Of a DNA stretch of 64,000 nt, positions 48,901 to 57,900 are shown in pieces (within the stretch, counting starts at the first letter, position 1; each line of letters starts with the position of its first letter). The translations under genes were made by a program, and so were the position numbers. The DNA lies in IMG/VR virus record IMGVR_UViG_3300017957_000012, positions 1 through 64,000 of that record; one strand, 5' to 3'. The DNA is from a virus. The notes beneath the pieces were generated by a model. That model searched no databases and was not told the DNA's origin. It saw nothing but the letters and a program-made list of their open reading frames with translations.

Positions 48901-51900
48901 TGAGTTCCGCCGCCATTTATTGCAGCACCTACATTACAAGTAATAGTTGTCGATGTGACCGCAGTCAGTGCAACTGGTTTCTTGTAGAAAGGATGATGTG
49001 ATTCAGGAGTCGGATGATTTGTTGCATTGCCGTCCATGTCACAAGTAAATACAATTGACTCAGGAGCAATCTTAATATGATCACCAACTTGTAAATTGTG
49101 CGTTCCTATCGTTGCAGTAAATACTCCAGTTGTAGGATCGTAAGTAGCATTAGTCGGCGTGTACTTCGTCTTAGTAGTCGTTGGATATGAATGCTGTGTA
49201 GTGTTTCCATCCAAAGCACACGTAAATGTAATACTCTCATCTGCTAAGACGACAGTATCACCTTCTTGTAAATCGTGGGCGCCAAGAGTAAGCACCATTA
49301 CACCAGTCGTTGGATCGTATGTCGCGCCGGTTGGTGTGTAAGATTTCTGATTATTATTAAGGATGTCTACAATCTGATCAAATCCTTCGTCTGACCTATC
49401 GATTGCACCTTGATCTGAAATCGTACCACTTGAAAGACCCTTGAGATGATTAATAGCACCGACCGTTTCTACAAGCTGGTCCATTACGACTGTTTCTGCG
49501 CCTTGTGTTCCAGCGCGATAAGCGATACCAGTTTGCTTTGAATTGAAGTTAGTACCAGTAATAATATCTCTTTGAATTGCTGGCAAAATGTATTGGAGCA
49601 TGTCACGCTCACACTTTGCCGAATCGTATAAGAAATAGTTATCGTCAATATATCCCATTACGTTATCTTGCAAGAAATTTCTATTCAATTGCAATTGCTT
49701 TCTTGCATTACGACGATCGGCTGAGATTCCTGCATCATCGCTAAACGCAATTGGCGAGCCGAGAGTGATAACAGAATCATCTTCTGCTTCTATAAATGTA
49801 TGTGCAGAAGTATCAAACGACTTACCAACGTTAACCGTAATCTTAGTTTCGTTTGCACCAATTACTTCGATTGGTGAGTTAGCGGCAGGGTCAGTAGCTC
49901 TTGGATAACCTGTTCTCGATACGTTATTATCTCTGTCGCAACTAAATACGAGGCCACCGGTTTTGAGTAATACTTTTTGCCCAATGCCCAGACCGTGACC
50001 TGAAGTAATAGCATTCTTTACGGCAGATACAAATGTATGTACCTGTTGGCCGTTTGGTCCACCGCCGCCCACGTTCATTGTAATAGTGTTTGAAGTTACA
50101 CTAATAATTGGACATGGCTTGTTGTAATATGGATGATGGGCTTCAGGAACTGCGTGGTTCTGAACACCGCTACCAGCATTACAATTAAATGTCATGCCTT
50201 CTGGTTTCAACCAAACATGATCATCTGTAGTTAATTGGTGTGGTCCAATCGTTGCTACCAAAATGCCAGTAGCAGGATCGTAAGTTGCAGCAGAAGGTGT
50301 AAAGCCTTCACTCTCTGCAATTGTTATAACGCTGTATCCAGTTTCTGGATCATATGTGGCGTTAGTTGGAGTGAACGAAACGCCTCTGTTGTCGAGTGCA
50401 GCAATGACTTCGTCAAATGCAGCGTCGACTCTCGATGTACCAATATAAGAGTTGGCATCAATTAATTCGTTTGTTTGCTCTTTGAGTCTACGATAAGCTG
50501 CAATTGTTTCGTTGCGTTGTTGACCAACAACCTTTTCGGCCGACTTCATATAATAAGCACCACCAGCTCTCACCGCATTATAATTGGTGTCGAGCAGCAT
50601 GTCGTACTTAGCGGCCGGAAGAATATAATCAGTTGTATCACGCTTACACTTAACGCTATCGTAAGCAAAGAATTGATCGTTGTTATCAATCCAATCGAGA
50701 AGTTCGTCTTGGATAAACGATCTATTATCTTGAATGATTTCGCGAGCCGATGTTCTCTTAGAATTTCTGGTGTCAGCGAATATGATTGGGTTCATATTCT
50801 CTTCACCGTATTCTACAACATTATAGAGCTCATTCCAAGAGGTGTTGGCCCGCTCAAAAATTTCTGTATTAGCACCATCGAAAATATCGTTGATTCGATC
50901 TTGTAAATATCTGTTGGCACCAAGAGTTGCATCGAGCTGTTCGCCTACAACCTTACTTGAGATTGGTGAACGATAAGTGATACCCGCCAATCGACCCCAG
51001 TAGTTGGTGTCAAGTGTCATGTCATAAGCAAGACCGTCGATAATAATCTTAGAATCTCGCTCACACTTCTGAGCATCATATCCTGTATAACCCAACCCGC
51101 CCGATGAAGTATTGGCAGTCAGATAATCGACCATATCTTCAATGATAAGATCTTCGTTCTGAGTAATGACGTCTGCGAAATCAGTATTACCAATAATCGT
51201 ACTACCTGATGGTACATCCTTAGGTGCAAAGATTCTCGTAGAACCCTTTGCTCTCATTGAAATATCACCGAACTGAGTACCCGAGTTGTTCAAGGTCATT
51301 TGTCCGCCATTCAATGCATAGAATGCAACACGTACGAAGATGGATAGAGAACCAATACCGTTAACACCAGCACCGTCTCTTGCTACATAGCCCATACCAT
51401 TTTGAGAACGAGGTGTGAAACCAAAGCAGAGTACGTATGTGTAGAGAGAATCCGGATCAAGGACTCTTCGATCCGCAAGCATACAACCACCGCCACGCCC
51501 AACAAGTGGGTTGGGGAAGTCATCAATACCAATAGACTCAACAACACCTTGGCCACCCGACTCAGACTTGACTAAGTCACCAACAGCAAAACCTTTGTTA
51601 TTTTTAAGGTTACGCACTCGGATCTTGCGATAAGTTGACTGATCTTTAGTGAGGCCGGCCGCATCATCGTCGTCATCATCCCAAGAAATAAATCCTGTTG
51701 CACCACTTGAGAAAGTAACCTTATCGTCTTTTCTAAATGTACCTGCCGTAATTGGTGCAGTCAGAATAAATTCTCTACCCAAGTCGAGTACATTACCTTT
51801 CGTATTGAAAGGCTGGAGTGGTGGTTCTACATCTTCACGGAGGAAGTTAGAAAGCTGGGAGCTGTCACGAATATATGGTGAACGGAGTAGCTTAGCACCT

Positions 51901-53468
51901 GGTCTATAAGCACAAGCAAAGCCACCTTCTGGGAAGTCGAAGTTATCGATCTTCCAGTTTTGATATGCAAAACCTTGTACATAACAACCCGAACCGACAA
52001 GGACTGCGTTATTATTTTCATAGCCGGGTAGTGCTTCGATCACCGTAGCATACTGACCCGCAGTAGCTGTCATTGCACAATCATCTGGAAGTGCAATATT
52101 ACCCTTAGTGTAATAAGTGCCCGGGCCTACCGTGATATGAATGGCGTTATTAATTGCGTTACGATCGTAAGAACCGCCGGCTTTTTCTAATGCGAGCTCA
52201 GAAGCACGCTCAAGCGTTCTGATTGGCTCAAGCAACGAGCCAGGATTCTCATCATTACCTTTCGCAGCATCAACATAAATCTTAAGGTCAGACTCTGTAG
52301 TCTTTGAAATCTCACTAAAGAACTGTGCATATGTAATCTTTTCGACTTCACCTGTCTTCTCGTTCTTAAGGGCAAACCAGCTGTTTTCATCAATGTGAGG
52401 CTCGAATTCTCGATCGATTTCCATGTCGAAATCGACGAGTTTAGATTGATCAATAACACCATTTTTAAATGTAGTGTTTTCAATTACACCATTGTCGAAT
52501 GTAGAATTCTTTTGTGATAAACCATCAGCTGTTGAGCTGGTGATTGACATATTCGTTGCTACGACACCATCCATCGTGCCTGCAAAAGAAGAATCAACAA
52601 TCGTTGAATTTTGAATAATACTTTGGTCGACAGTAGTGTTGGTAAAGATATTATTATTACCAGTACCATCTGAGAAATCTGAATCAAGAATATCAGATTG
52701 AGTAATAGTAACGTTATTTGCTGTTGAGTTTTCAATCGTCCCATCAGCAAACGATGAAGTAGTAATAGTAAGATCGTCACCCGTCGAAGATGTAATAGCT
52801 CCGTTAGTGAATTCACTCTGATCGATTGTAGAGTTTGTGATTGCACCGGTGTCGAATGTAGAATTCGTAATGGTGACATTGTCAGCAGTCGAATCTGTAA
52901 TTTCACCATTGGCAAAAGTAGAATTTGTTAAACGTACGTTTGTACCATCTACATCGGCCATTGTGCCGGAAGCAAAAGATGAATTAGTAATCGTTACGTT
53001 ATTGGCAGTAGAATCACCAATGGCACTATCGTCGATAGTTGAGTTAATAAGACGTACGTTGTCGCCGTCTACATTTTCCATTGATCCGTCGTTAAACGTA
53101 GAATCAACAATGGCCGTATCTCTAATATCGCCATCTCGGAAAAGAGAATTATCAATGTCGAGATTTGTGCCGGTTGAATTTCTGAGCGTGCCGTTATTAA
53201 AATCAGTTCGGACAATATTAGAATCTTCCATGTCTGAATTATCGATTTTAACATTATCGATATTCAAATCATGGATAAAGGCGCCCGATATATCACCACC
53301 AGTGATAGTGATTCTATTGAAAATTTCGTACATGAGAGCTTGAACAAGCTCTTTTCTCGTGATGTTCTTAGTACCGTCATCACCTTGTACTAGGTTTACG
53401 ATAACGAATAAATCTTCGGTCCTAGTATTAGCGCCGGTTATCGACCCGAGTTCTGAAATCTTAGACAT
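42966..53468 (-). CDS. 3500-aa virion structural protein: acidic beta-helix, 11+1 KCxRD helical repeats and seven His/Cys beta-domains
   Basis: MSKISEL N-terminus; IYVDAAKGNDENPG beta-helix cap; repeats read directly from the translation. Confidence 0.8.
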   Translation of the reverse strand: MSKISELGSITGANTRTEDLFVIVNLVQGDDGTKNITRKELVQALMYEIFNRITITGGDISGAFIHDLNIDNVKIDNSDMEDSNIVRTDFNNGTLRNSTGTNLDIDNSLFRDGDIRDTAIVDSTFNDGSMENVDGDNVRLINSTIDDSAIGDSTANNVTITNSSFASGTMADVDGTNVRLTNSTFANGEITDSTADNVTITNSTFDTGAITNSTIDQSEFTNGAITSSTGDDLTITTSSFADGTIENSTANNVTITQSDILDSDFSDGTGNNNIFTNTTVDQSIIQNSTIVDSSFAGTMDGVVATNMSITSSTADGLSQKNSTFDNGVIENTTFKNGVIDQSKLVDFDMEIDREFEPHIDENSWFALKNEKTGEVEKITYAQFFSEISKTTESDLKIYVDAAKGNDENPGSLLEPIRTLERASELALEKAGGSYDRNAINNAIHITVGPGTYYTKGNIALPDDCAMTATAGQYATVIEALPGYENNNAVLVGSGCYVQGFAYQNWKIDNFDFPEGGFACAYRPGAKLLRSPYIRDSSQLSNFLREDVEPPLQPFNTKGNVLDLGREFILTAPITAGTFRKDDKVTFSSGATGFISWDDDDDDAAGLTKDQSTYRKIRVRNLKNNKGFAVGDLVKSESGGQGVVESIGIDDFPNPLVGRGGGCMLADRRVLDPDSLYTYVLCFGFTPRSQNGMGYVARDGAGVNGIGSLSIFVRVAFYALNGGQMTLNNSGTQFGDISMRAKGSTRIFAPKDVPSGSTIIGNTDFADVITQNEDLIIEDMVDYLTANTSSGGLGYTGYDAQKCERDSKIIIDGLAYDMTLDTNYWGRLAGITYRSPISSKVVGEQLDATLGANRYLQDRINDIFDGANTEIFERANTSWNELYNVVEYGEENMNPIIFADTRNSKRTSAREIIQDNRSFIQDELLDWIDNNDQFFAYDSVKCKRDTTDYILPAAKYDMLLDTNYNAVRAGGAYYMKSAEKVVGQQRNETIAAYRRLKEQTNELIDANSYIGTSRVDAAFDEVIAALDNRGVSFTPTNATYDPETGYSVITIAESEGFTPSAATYDPATGILVATIGPHQLTTDDHVWLKPEGMTFNCNAGSGVQNHAVPEAHHPYYNKPCPIISVTSNTITMNVGGGGPNGQQVHTFVSAVKNAITSGHGLGIGQKVLLKTGGLVFSCDRDNNVSRTGYPRATDPAANSPIEVIGANETKITVNVGKSFDTSAHTFIEAEDDSVITLGSPIAFSDDAGISADRRNARKQLQLNRNFLQDNVMGYIDDNYFLYDSAKCERDMLQYILPAIQRDIITGTNFNSKQTGIAYRAGTQGAETVVMDQLVETVGAINHLKGLSSGTISDQGAIDRSDEGFDQIVDILNNNQKSYTPTGATYDPTTGVMVLTLGAHDLQEGDTVVLADESITFTCALDGNTTQHSYPTTTKTKYTPTNATYDPTTGVFTATIGTHNLQVGDHIKIAPESIVFTCDMDGNATNHPTPESHHPFYKKPVALTAVTSTTITCNVGAAINGGGTHTFVSALADAIEGERQHPAYRTPITINSTTSTTITVNVGGYENGTAHTFVSANPDSVKSGTYISSYTPSTATYDPATGVFEATIGRHNLAEGDYVQFKPESIVFSCTLDGNSTNHAVPESHHPFYNAPVRITAVTSTSITMNVGASTGGAHTFVSADVGAIESDPTIWTDPSRILKYYTPSTATYNPVNGVSVITIPNHDIVVGDWIEFAPYSFTFTCAQDGNATEHSYPRRGDANFNAPMEVTNVAGDDITVNSGIGGGGAHTFVRCINQAVAKTTYNSHGQRAREQLQANRTFLQEEVMHYLDSQYFVFDGDKCSRDTGFILEAVRRDVATGSNYNAIYSGLAYRAGTASGNYVISDQLTQTAAAIGYIRDEVANRLDGTELAASNASFNEIIDILTNGTGAANAINYGTATAGADAGNAQLHLQANKTFLQEEVIAYITQNFPNLSYDAAKCRRDTGYLIDALSWDIAHRSNAGVVNFARLYFNEGVSVLPADQKIKTAEAWEHLANVVALIVRAQAVTPTTGNAEAQDTTNPDAGDINSIRTHDLIEVVSKVIREDTLDWLPTYIEPGYTTAATLDASNKIDGITESLQGGVIKYLREFHNGLPYNKDKCFRDVGLITDAVSKDIEYGGNASTIEAAKYYFTVDERLASSYEELRTRNVLSVPVTGQFSVLDDLAAVSGLREATNILPIEQRVPTKRAFEHLATVAQSVVQETPYATTYTTYSPTNATYDPATGVFTATIGAHSFQVGGKVWLKPNGFTFQCDMGSGPTNHTSPQAHHPYYDQAVTITAVTATEITMNVGDGGSGQAVHTFVSADADSISTGPYQNFDNTAADSTTAAAVRDLFNVISGVVDDNDLDNLTTTEVKPVADPNRTVARKQIQRNKEFIVDEVVAYLNDEFYTFDGDKCKRDVGLLVDAVKRDVLTGSNFNANFNGRAYRIGTVGADAVINEQLTETISAVEYAKLQASNAVTDDAANQRVNAAFDTIINIMGGTEDYANANTMSFGTDAVSAQRINARAQLQNNKVFLQKEMTAWIALNRPSLSYDVAKCERDVGYLVDSVSFDAQHGGNTASRNNAILYFENALSVLPENQREPTAAAFTHLASVAELIANGDPVSPTSGNGESQDTSAASAGNSISAVVEQLMLIVAEAIGENGIDGLPVIEEPTVSSYGTAFQGAYTALETTKPTIQNGVLGHLSTYFNTLSYDETKCRRDTGYIVDAVMHDIQYGGNAATVNAAYNYFQNGVNVGLPLNQRQPANKAFLHLGKVMNHITREMVVTPTVGNTRTQDFAEVAANPMTGMRVEDLVKIVANAVDDATPETTSIPAMVMPETDWILDVYKDSINLIENASENLADQVISFISTTYNGLSFPRGKCRRDVGYLIDAVSHDVQYGGNYATRIAAGIYFENGISVLPADTRTQTADIYNFLGARMSDVVQQIDVAAANTSYTDTRQVIAGTAATATEGASAQSLTGIIESVIRNDSLNGLPVLEEPDTSWIAADLIATAEMIEDNKQELAQDLIHFLHREFDVLDYNKDKCRRDTGYLLDAFSYDLNYGGNTASRWNADFYFWNEIYRIPEDQRVPTARSYQHLGRICKDIVLGRYPGQMVKSGTGTEVEANKVEDLANIFYLTQINNDTTYLPAIEEPDYTWIPDVVKDVSSILEFNKIDLAFDTVRFVNATYQYIDINLTRRDGLNLLKAIRQDFSTVNPAGPPLSDNYQNNGDRQRTRAYTAALFDFDGQHVFPVFNPTTTGLKYMGSVSNNTTALAEIQSRTGDLAVKKNHAYIVATDINNAMANTSGVFTGDVRGNYAGDVYYWNGATWINDGPNNVDLLNSFVQAWAKMRDYLVTLAPDNDHRDMVKALINWGLIDNVMRPETLVFGSLVESIAHQFNGASAGVNRNALPLNFRNLGLPISALASVLSEDGGRVRWSGADELNNQYFARGLRINGRTGRIEGRPFTSSVRKLARRASNSRASI

Positions 53469-53543
53469 TTAGTCCTTACCCTTTTTCTTTATATTTATTA
53501 AGACGGACACATAAGGTATATTTATCTTGTCAAACCCGCATCA

Positions 53544-54710
53544 TCACCGAATTTTGTTTTTCAAATCATCAACATCTTGCTTTAATTCTTTGATGGCTTC
53601 AACGAGAAGGCCCATCATATTTTCGTATCGTAGGGCTTTATAATCTTCACCATCATCTTCAATATATTCGTAAACCACCTCTGGTAAAACTTTTTCTACG
53701 TCTTGAGCAACAAGGCCAGTTGCTCTCGAACCTGGCTTATTAATATATTCAAATGTGTAACCTGTTAATTCATTGACTTTATCGAGTGCACCTTCAATTT
53801 TCTGAAGATCGGTTTTAAGACGAGAGTCAGAGGAACTGTGTTGAGATCTTACGTTACCAGTAGCATGCACATTTCCGTTAACTTGTACTGTACCATTAAA
53901 TATGTGTGTGCCTGTACCAAGAGCGCTAAGCTCTCCTCTTGTTTCCAAGGATTGTGTAAATTCACCTTCGCCAATAATACTAAGCTTACCGCCGGCGTAA
54001 ACAGCGCCGTTCTCGCCCTGTATTTGGCCACCGCCGGTTGCAGTTAATAAGTAACCATCAACATCACCGCCTGCAAACGTAGCACCACTTGTAGAACTAC
54101 CAGCGTTATCAGTACCAGGCGCCCATTCTGTACCGTTCCATTTTAATACCTGACCTGTTGATGGTGATGTCGTCGATACATCGGGAATATCAGATAATTC
54201 ATCAATGCTCGTACCCGAAGTAAATGGATCACCATTTCCATCAAGGTATGTTGTCGCTTGAATTGTTGGAACGGTAAGAGTTCCTGCTGGCGTTAATACA
54301 AATTTAAATGGATTTTCTGTACCGGTATTGATAATAAAATTACCGGACGTAGAATCTTGTAATCCAACGTCCCACGCGAGACTTCCAGTACTTGTACGAA
54401 TCCTTGCACCTTGAGCGCCATAAGTAAATGTTGCTACAACTTGTTGACCAGTCGTAACATTAATTGGAGAAGTAAAGTCAATGTCAGCGCCCGGTGTTGC
54501 AGAAGCAAATGCGTCTCCAGCAATTTGGTTTGTCGCTGTTACGTTAGTAGCCGTAAAGTCACCGACCAGAGTGGCGTCACCGGTTGTAGTATCACCGCCC
54601 GGTGAGGCTGTCATAGCATCAGACTGAAAAATGTCTACCATTTCATTGGTTTTATCAAACCAATTCTGGAACGTTACAGTTGTATCGATATTTGCTATAC
54701 TTTTAGCCAT
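53544..54710 (-). CDS. Short fibre with a C-terminal S74 chaperone
   Basis: N-terminus TFQNWFDKTN; IDELSDIPDV...GQVLKWNGTEWAP; SSDSRLKTDL...GLVAQDVEKVLPEVV. Confidence 0.8.
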   Translation of the reverse strand: MAKSIANIDTTVTFQNWFDKTNEMVDIFQSDAMTASPGGDTTTGDATLVGDFTATNVTATNQIAGDAFASATPGADIDFTSPINVTTGQQVVATFTYGAQGARIRTSTGSLAWDVGLQDSTSGNFIINTGTENPFKFVLTPAGTLTVPTIQATTYLDGNGDPFTSGTSIDELSDIPDVSTTSPSTGQVLKWNGTEWAPGTDNAGSSTSGATFAGGDVDGYLLTATGGGQIQGENGAVYAGGKLSIIGEGEFTQSLETRGELSALGTGTHIFNGTVQVNGNVHATGNVRSQHSSSDSRLKTDLQKIEGALDKVNELTGYTFEYINKPGSRATGLVAQDVEKVLPEVVYEYIEDDGEDYKALRYENMMGLLVEAIKELKQDVDDLKNKIR

Positions 54711-54712
54711 TT

Positions 54713-54895
54713 CTATCTATCTTCTAATTTGTCCATTCGTTGACAAATAGAAACAAGACACTCTCGTATTTCAACAATGTCTTTTTCCATTTGAGTTACT
54801 TTACGGTAGTAAGTTCTTTCTCTTTTGTATTTATTCAAAGCTTGAGCATCCACACTCAAAACTGCCTTAGTCTCAGGATCGCGGTGGTTTTGCAT
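54713..54895 (-). CDS. Small coiled-coil protein of the type found after DUF4815 genes in T4-like phages
   Basis: RDPETKAVLS.D...Y...R motif and synteny. Confidence 0.6.
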   Translation of the reverse strand: MQNHRDPETKAVLSVDAQALNKYKRERTYYRKVTQMEKDIVEIRECLVSICQRMDKLEDR

Positions 54896-54910
54896 GATGT
54901 TATTCCCTTA

Positions 54911-57900
54911 TTAGGTTACAGCAATTGCTCTATAATCTTTTAACGTTGGAGCATTGTGTACCGTGTCTGATTCAAGCACGATTTTAATTGCAAATCTTCT
55001 AAATGATTGGAAGGTTGGATCAGTACCGACACCACCCGTATCTACCTGGTATGTATAAACACCTTGAGAATCTTTATTTGCATCTGCAATTCTATATCCA
55101 AACTCGCGGTAATCATGAATGTTTGCTTGTGAAGAGAACATATCTACACCTTCAAACAATTCTAATTCAACCCAAGGAAGATCGGCAAATGCAGTAAAGT
55201 CAAATCCATTTTGTGCTTTGATAAAGAATCTAATATTAGAATTGGGCGGCCGATAACCCGAAGCTGCTACGTAAATATCTTCAGCATCAAGATCAACGGC
55301 TAATTCAATCTTCTTAGAAATATAAGTCGATGTTGGATTATTAAATTGTTGTCCATCATTCAACTTATACTGATAAGCGAGAAGCTTCGATACTTCGAGG
55401 TCAACAAACGGCGTTGACGTAACGTTACTTCCATTTTCCATACGAATATTAAGATCAAATGCTTGTGCACCAGCCGGATCATTACTTCGGCTATACAACA
55501 CTGCACCAGCGAAGTTAAAGTGATTATTATCCTTAAACGATAATGGCATATTATACGTGCTGCTCAAGTTAGCAGGTGGTACAAATGTTCCATCCACATC
55601 AAGTGTCGATGTTGAATCTGTCGCCTTCATAATCATTGGCTGGAAGTAACTCAAATTAATATTTTGCAGGGCTGTTACAGTGGCAGATTTTTCACTGTCT
55701 AGACCATAAATTGTACCTGCAACAAATACTCTATTCGAGTTTGCAGAGCTATCTTCTAAATACATTTGAGTAGGATCGTTAATGTCATACCAGCAAAGAT
55801 TACCTTTTACAACCGGCGTACATGAATCACCTGCGCCAGGAAGAGCATTCTCTTTGTTCAGCAACATTTGAGTAGCAGACTGTACAGCCACTACTTCAAA
55901 AATATCTTTATTTCCGTTGGAGTCTTCAATCAATACAAAATCTCCGTCGAAGTATTTTGTATCGAGTGCTGTACCAGTTACTGTAGCACTACCGACCGGA
56001 ATACCAACGGTGTCAGTAGATGCTTTTTCTTGATAAATTTGCTCACCGGGCAGGAATCTTCCATTCCAGCTATCTACAATAAAGAATTCGTGATCATTAT
56101 TAGTGAGTGTAACTGTTCCGGAAGAAGTAGCAAAGTTGTGTCTACGTAAGACAAACTTCAGATCTTCATCCTGATATGATCGCCATGCACTATTATTTGT
56201 TGAGCTAAATAGTACACCATCACCCCAGTCTTGTACAACGGCGGCACCTTGTGTAGGTCCTGGTGTCAAATCTGTTCCACCTATCTGAGAAATATATGCA
56301 AGATAGTTGGGATCTTGAGCATCTGGTTTGATTGAAACTGCGTATTCAGCTTCTACATCGAGTCTTACCGGAGCTTCGAAAGTAAACGTCGTCGCTAAAC
56401 TTGCGTCATCTGATACATTAACATCAGTAGCAAGCTTATGCACTCTACCGAATGGAATAACCTGGCCGGAAGGATAACCGTTAATTACTTCTCTCAATTC
56501 AACCGTTACACCATTTGTATCTGACTTTCTCTTGAAGAACAAATCGACTTCTGAAATATAAACGCTGTTGCTGCCTTGGCCCATACCTTTCTTAATGAAG
56601 AATGTTTGAGCAAGTGGGTCAGCAGCGGGAATTCTTCTTACGACTGTTCTAAACGAAGAAGAACTATTAATGTCGAAACTTGGTGCTCGAGTTGTTACGC
56701 CAAGGGCACTCTTTTCAACTGAGAAGTTGTAAGCCCTATATGTAATATGCCCACGCGAGATTCCAGCAGATTCAATTTGACTATAAGTGTCAATGTCTGA
56801 AATTTCTAATACTCTGTCACCTACAAAGAATGTTTCTGATGGAAGTGCAAAGACTGCTCGAAGAACACCATTAGAGTCAGAAGAAACTGCATCACCTTTT
56901 TGTCCGGCTCTTTGTACATCATCTGCAGAGTTAACGTTTGTGCCCGGAATAATATGAGCATTGACGTCTTCGCCGTCGAAGAAGAAATAATGTCGTGCAT
57001 TAGGACGGAGGCCCGTCATATAAATGCCAATATCTCTTCCTGCCATAAATGGCTCGAAGTTAAAGTTACGTACGAACTCACCAACTTGGAAGTTCTGCTG
57101 CATGTTTGAAGTATTGAGCTCAAGACTTCTTGTCGTTGTTTCGATTCGAGTTGTAAGTGTATTGCCACCTCTAAATCGATCCATGAATCCATCGCCAAGG
57201 AATGGGAACATATTAGGTGGTGCCCATCCATCTGCGTTACCGAACCAATTATTCTCTGCTTCTACAACTCTTTCTGTTGTAACGTCAGTCAATGGAATAA
57301 ACTCTTGTAGATTTTCTACAAAGTCTTGGAATGCAGACGTCATGTCGATATTAATTTCTGCGGGAGTAACTGTCGTATCATAAGCAGCATCATAGGGTGG
57401 AGATAATTCACCAATACCACGATAGCTATAAGCGTTACTTACACAATTACGGAATCCTGTTGCGTAATCTTGAGAAATTACATCAACATTACTATCCCGG
57501 CCAAGTGTTGCAACTTTTGCTTTACTGACCGCTGGGAAAATGCTTGCGCCAGATGCTGACTTATATTTCAAATCGAGCGGAATTGTTTTAACAGCAGGAG
57601 TCAATATCTTTTGATTAAATGGTACGGCTGCTTTAAACTCCGGATCTCTTACGTCTGCAACAGATAAATCATTAAAAGGATCTACAATAAATCCGTTCTT
57701 AAATCTGTCAAGTCCATCCTGATCTGGAATGAACATGTTTTGAGTATCTTGCTCGAGTTGATTCAAAGATATGTAGTACGCCATTCTATCGATTTGCGCA
57801 CTCATTGCGTGCATATCTTTCATCGTGTAAACTTTTACACCTTTCGATCGAGTGTGTACAGCGTAAGCTTTTCTACCTGTTCTCGAAGCTTGTCTTTGCG

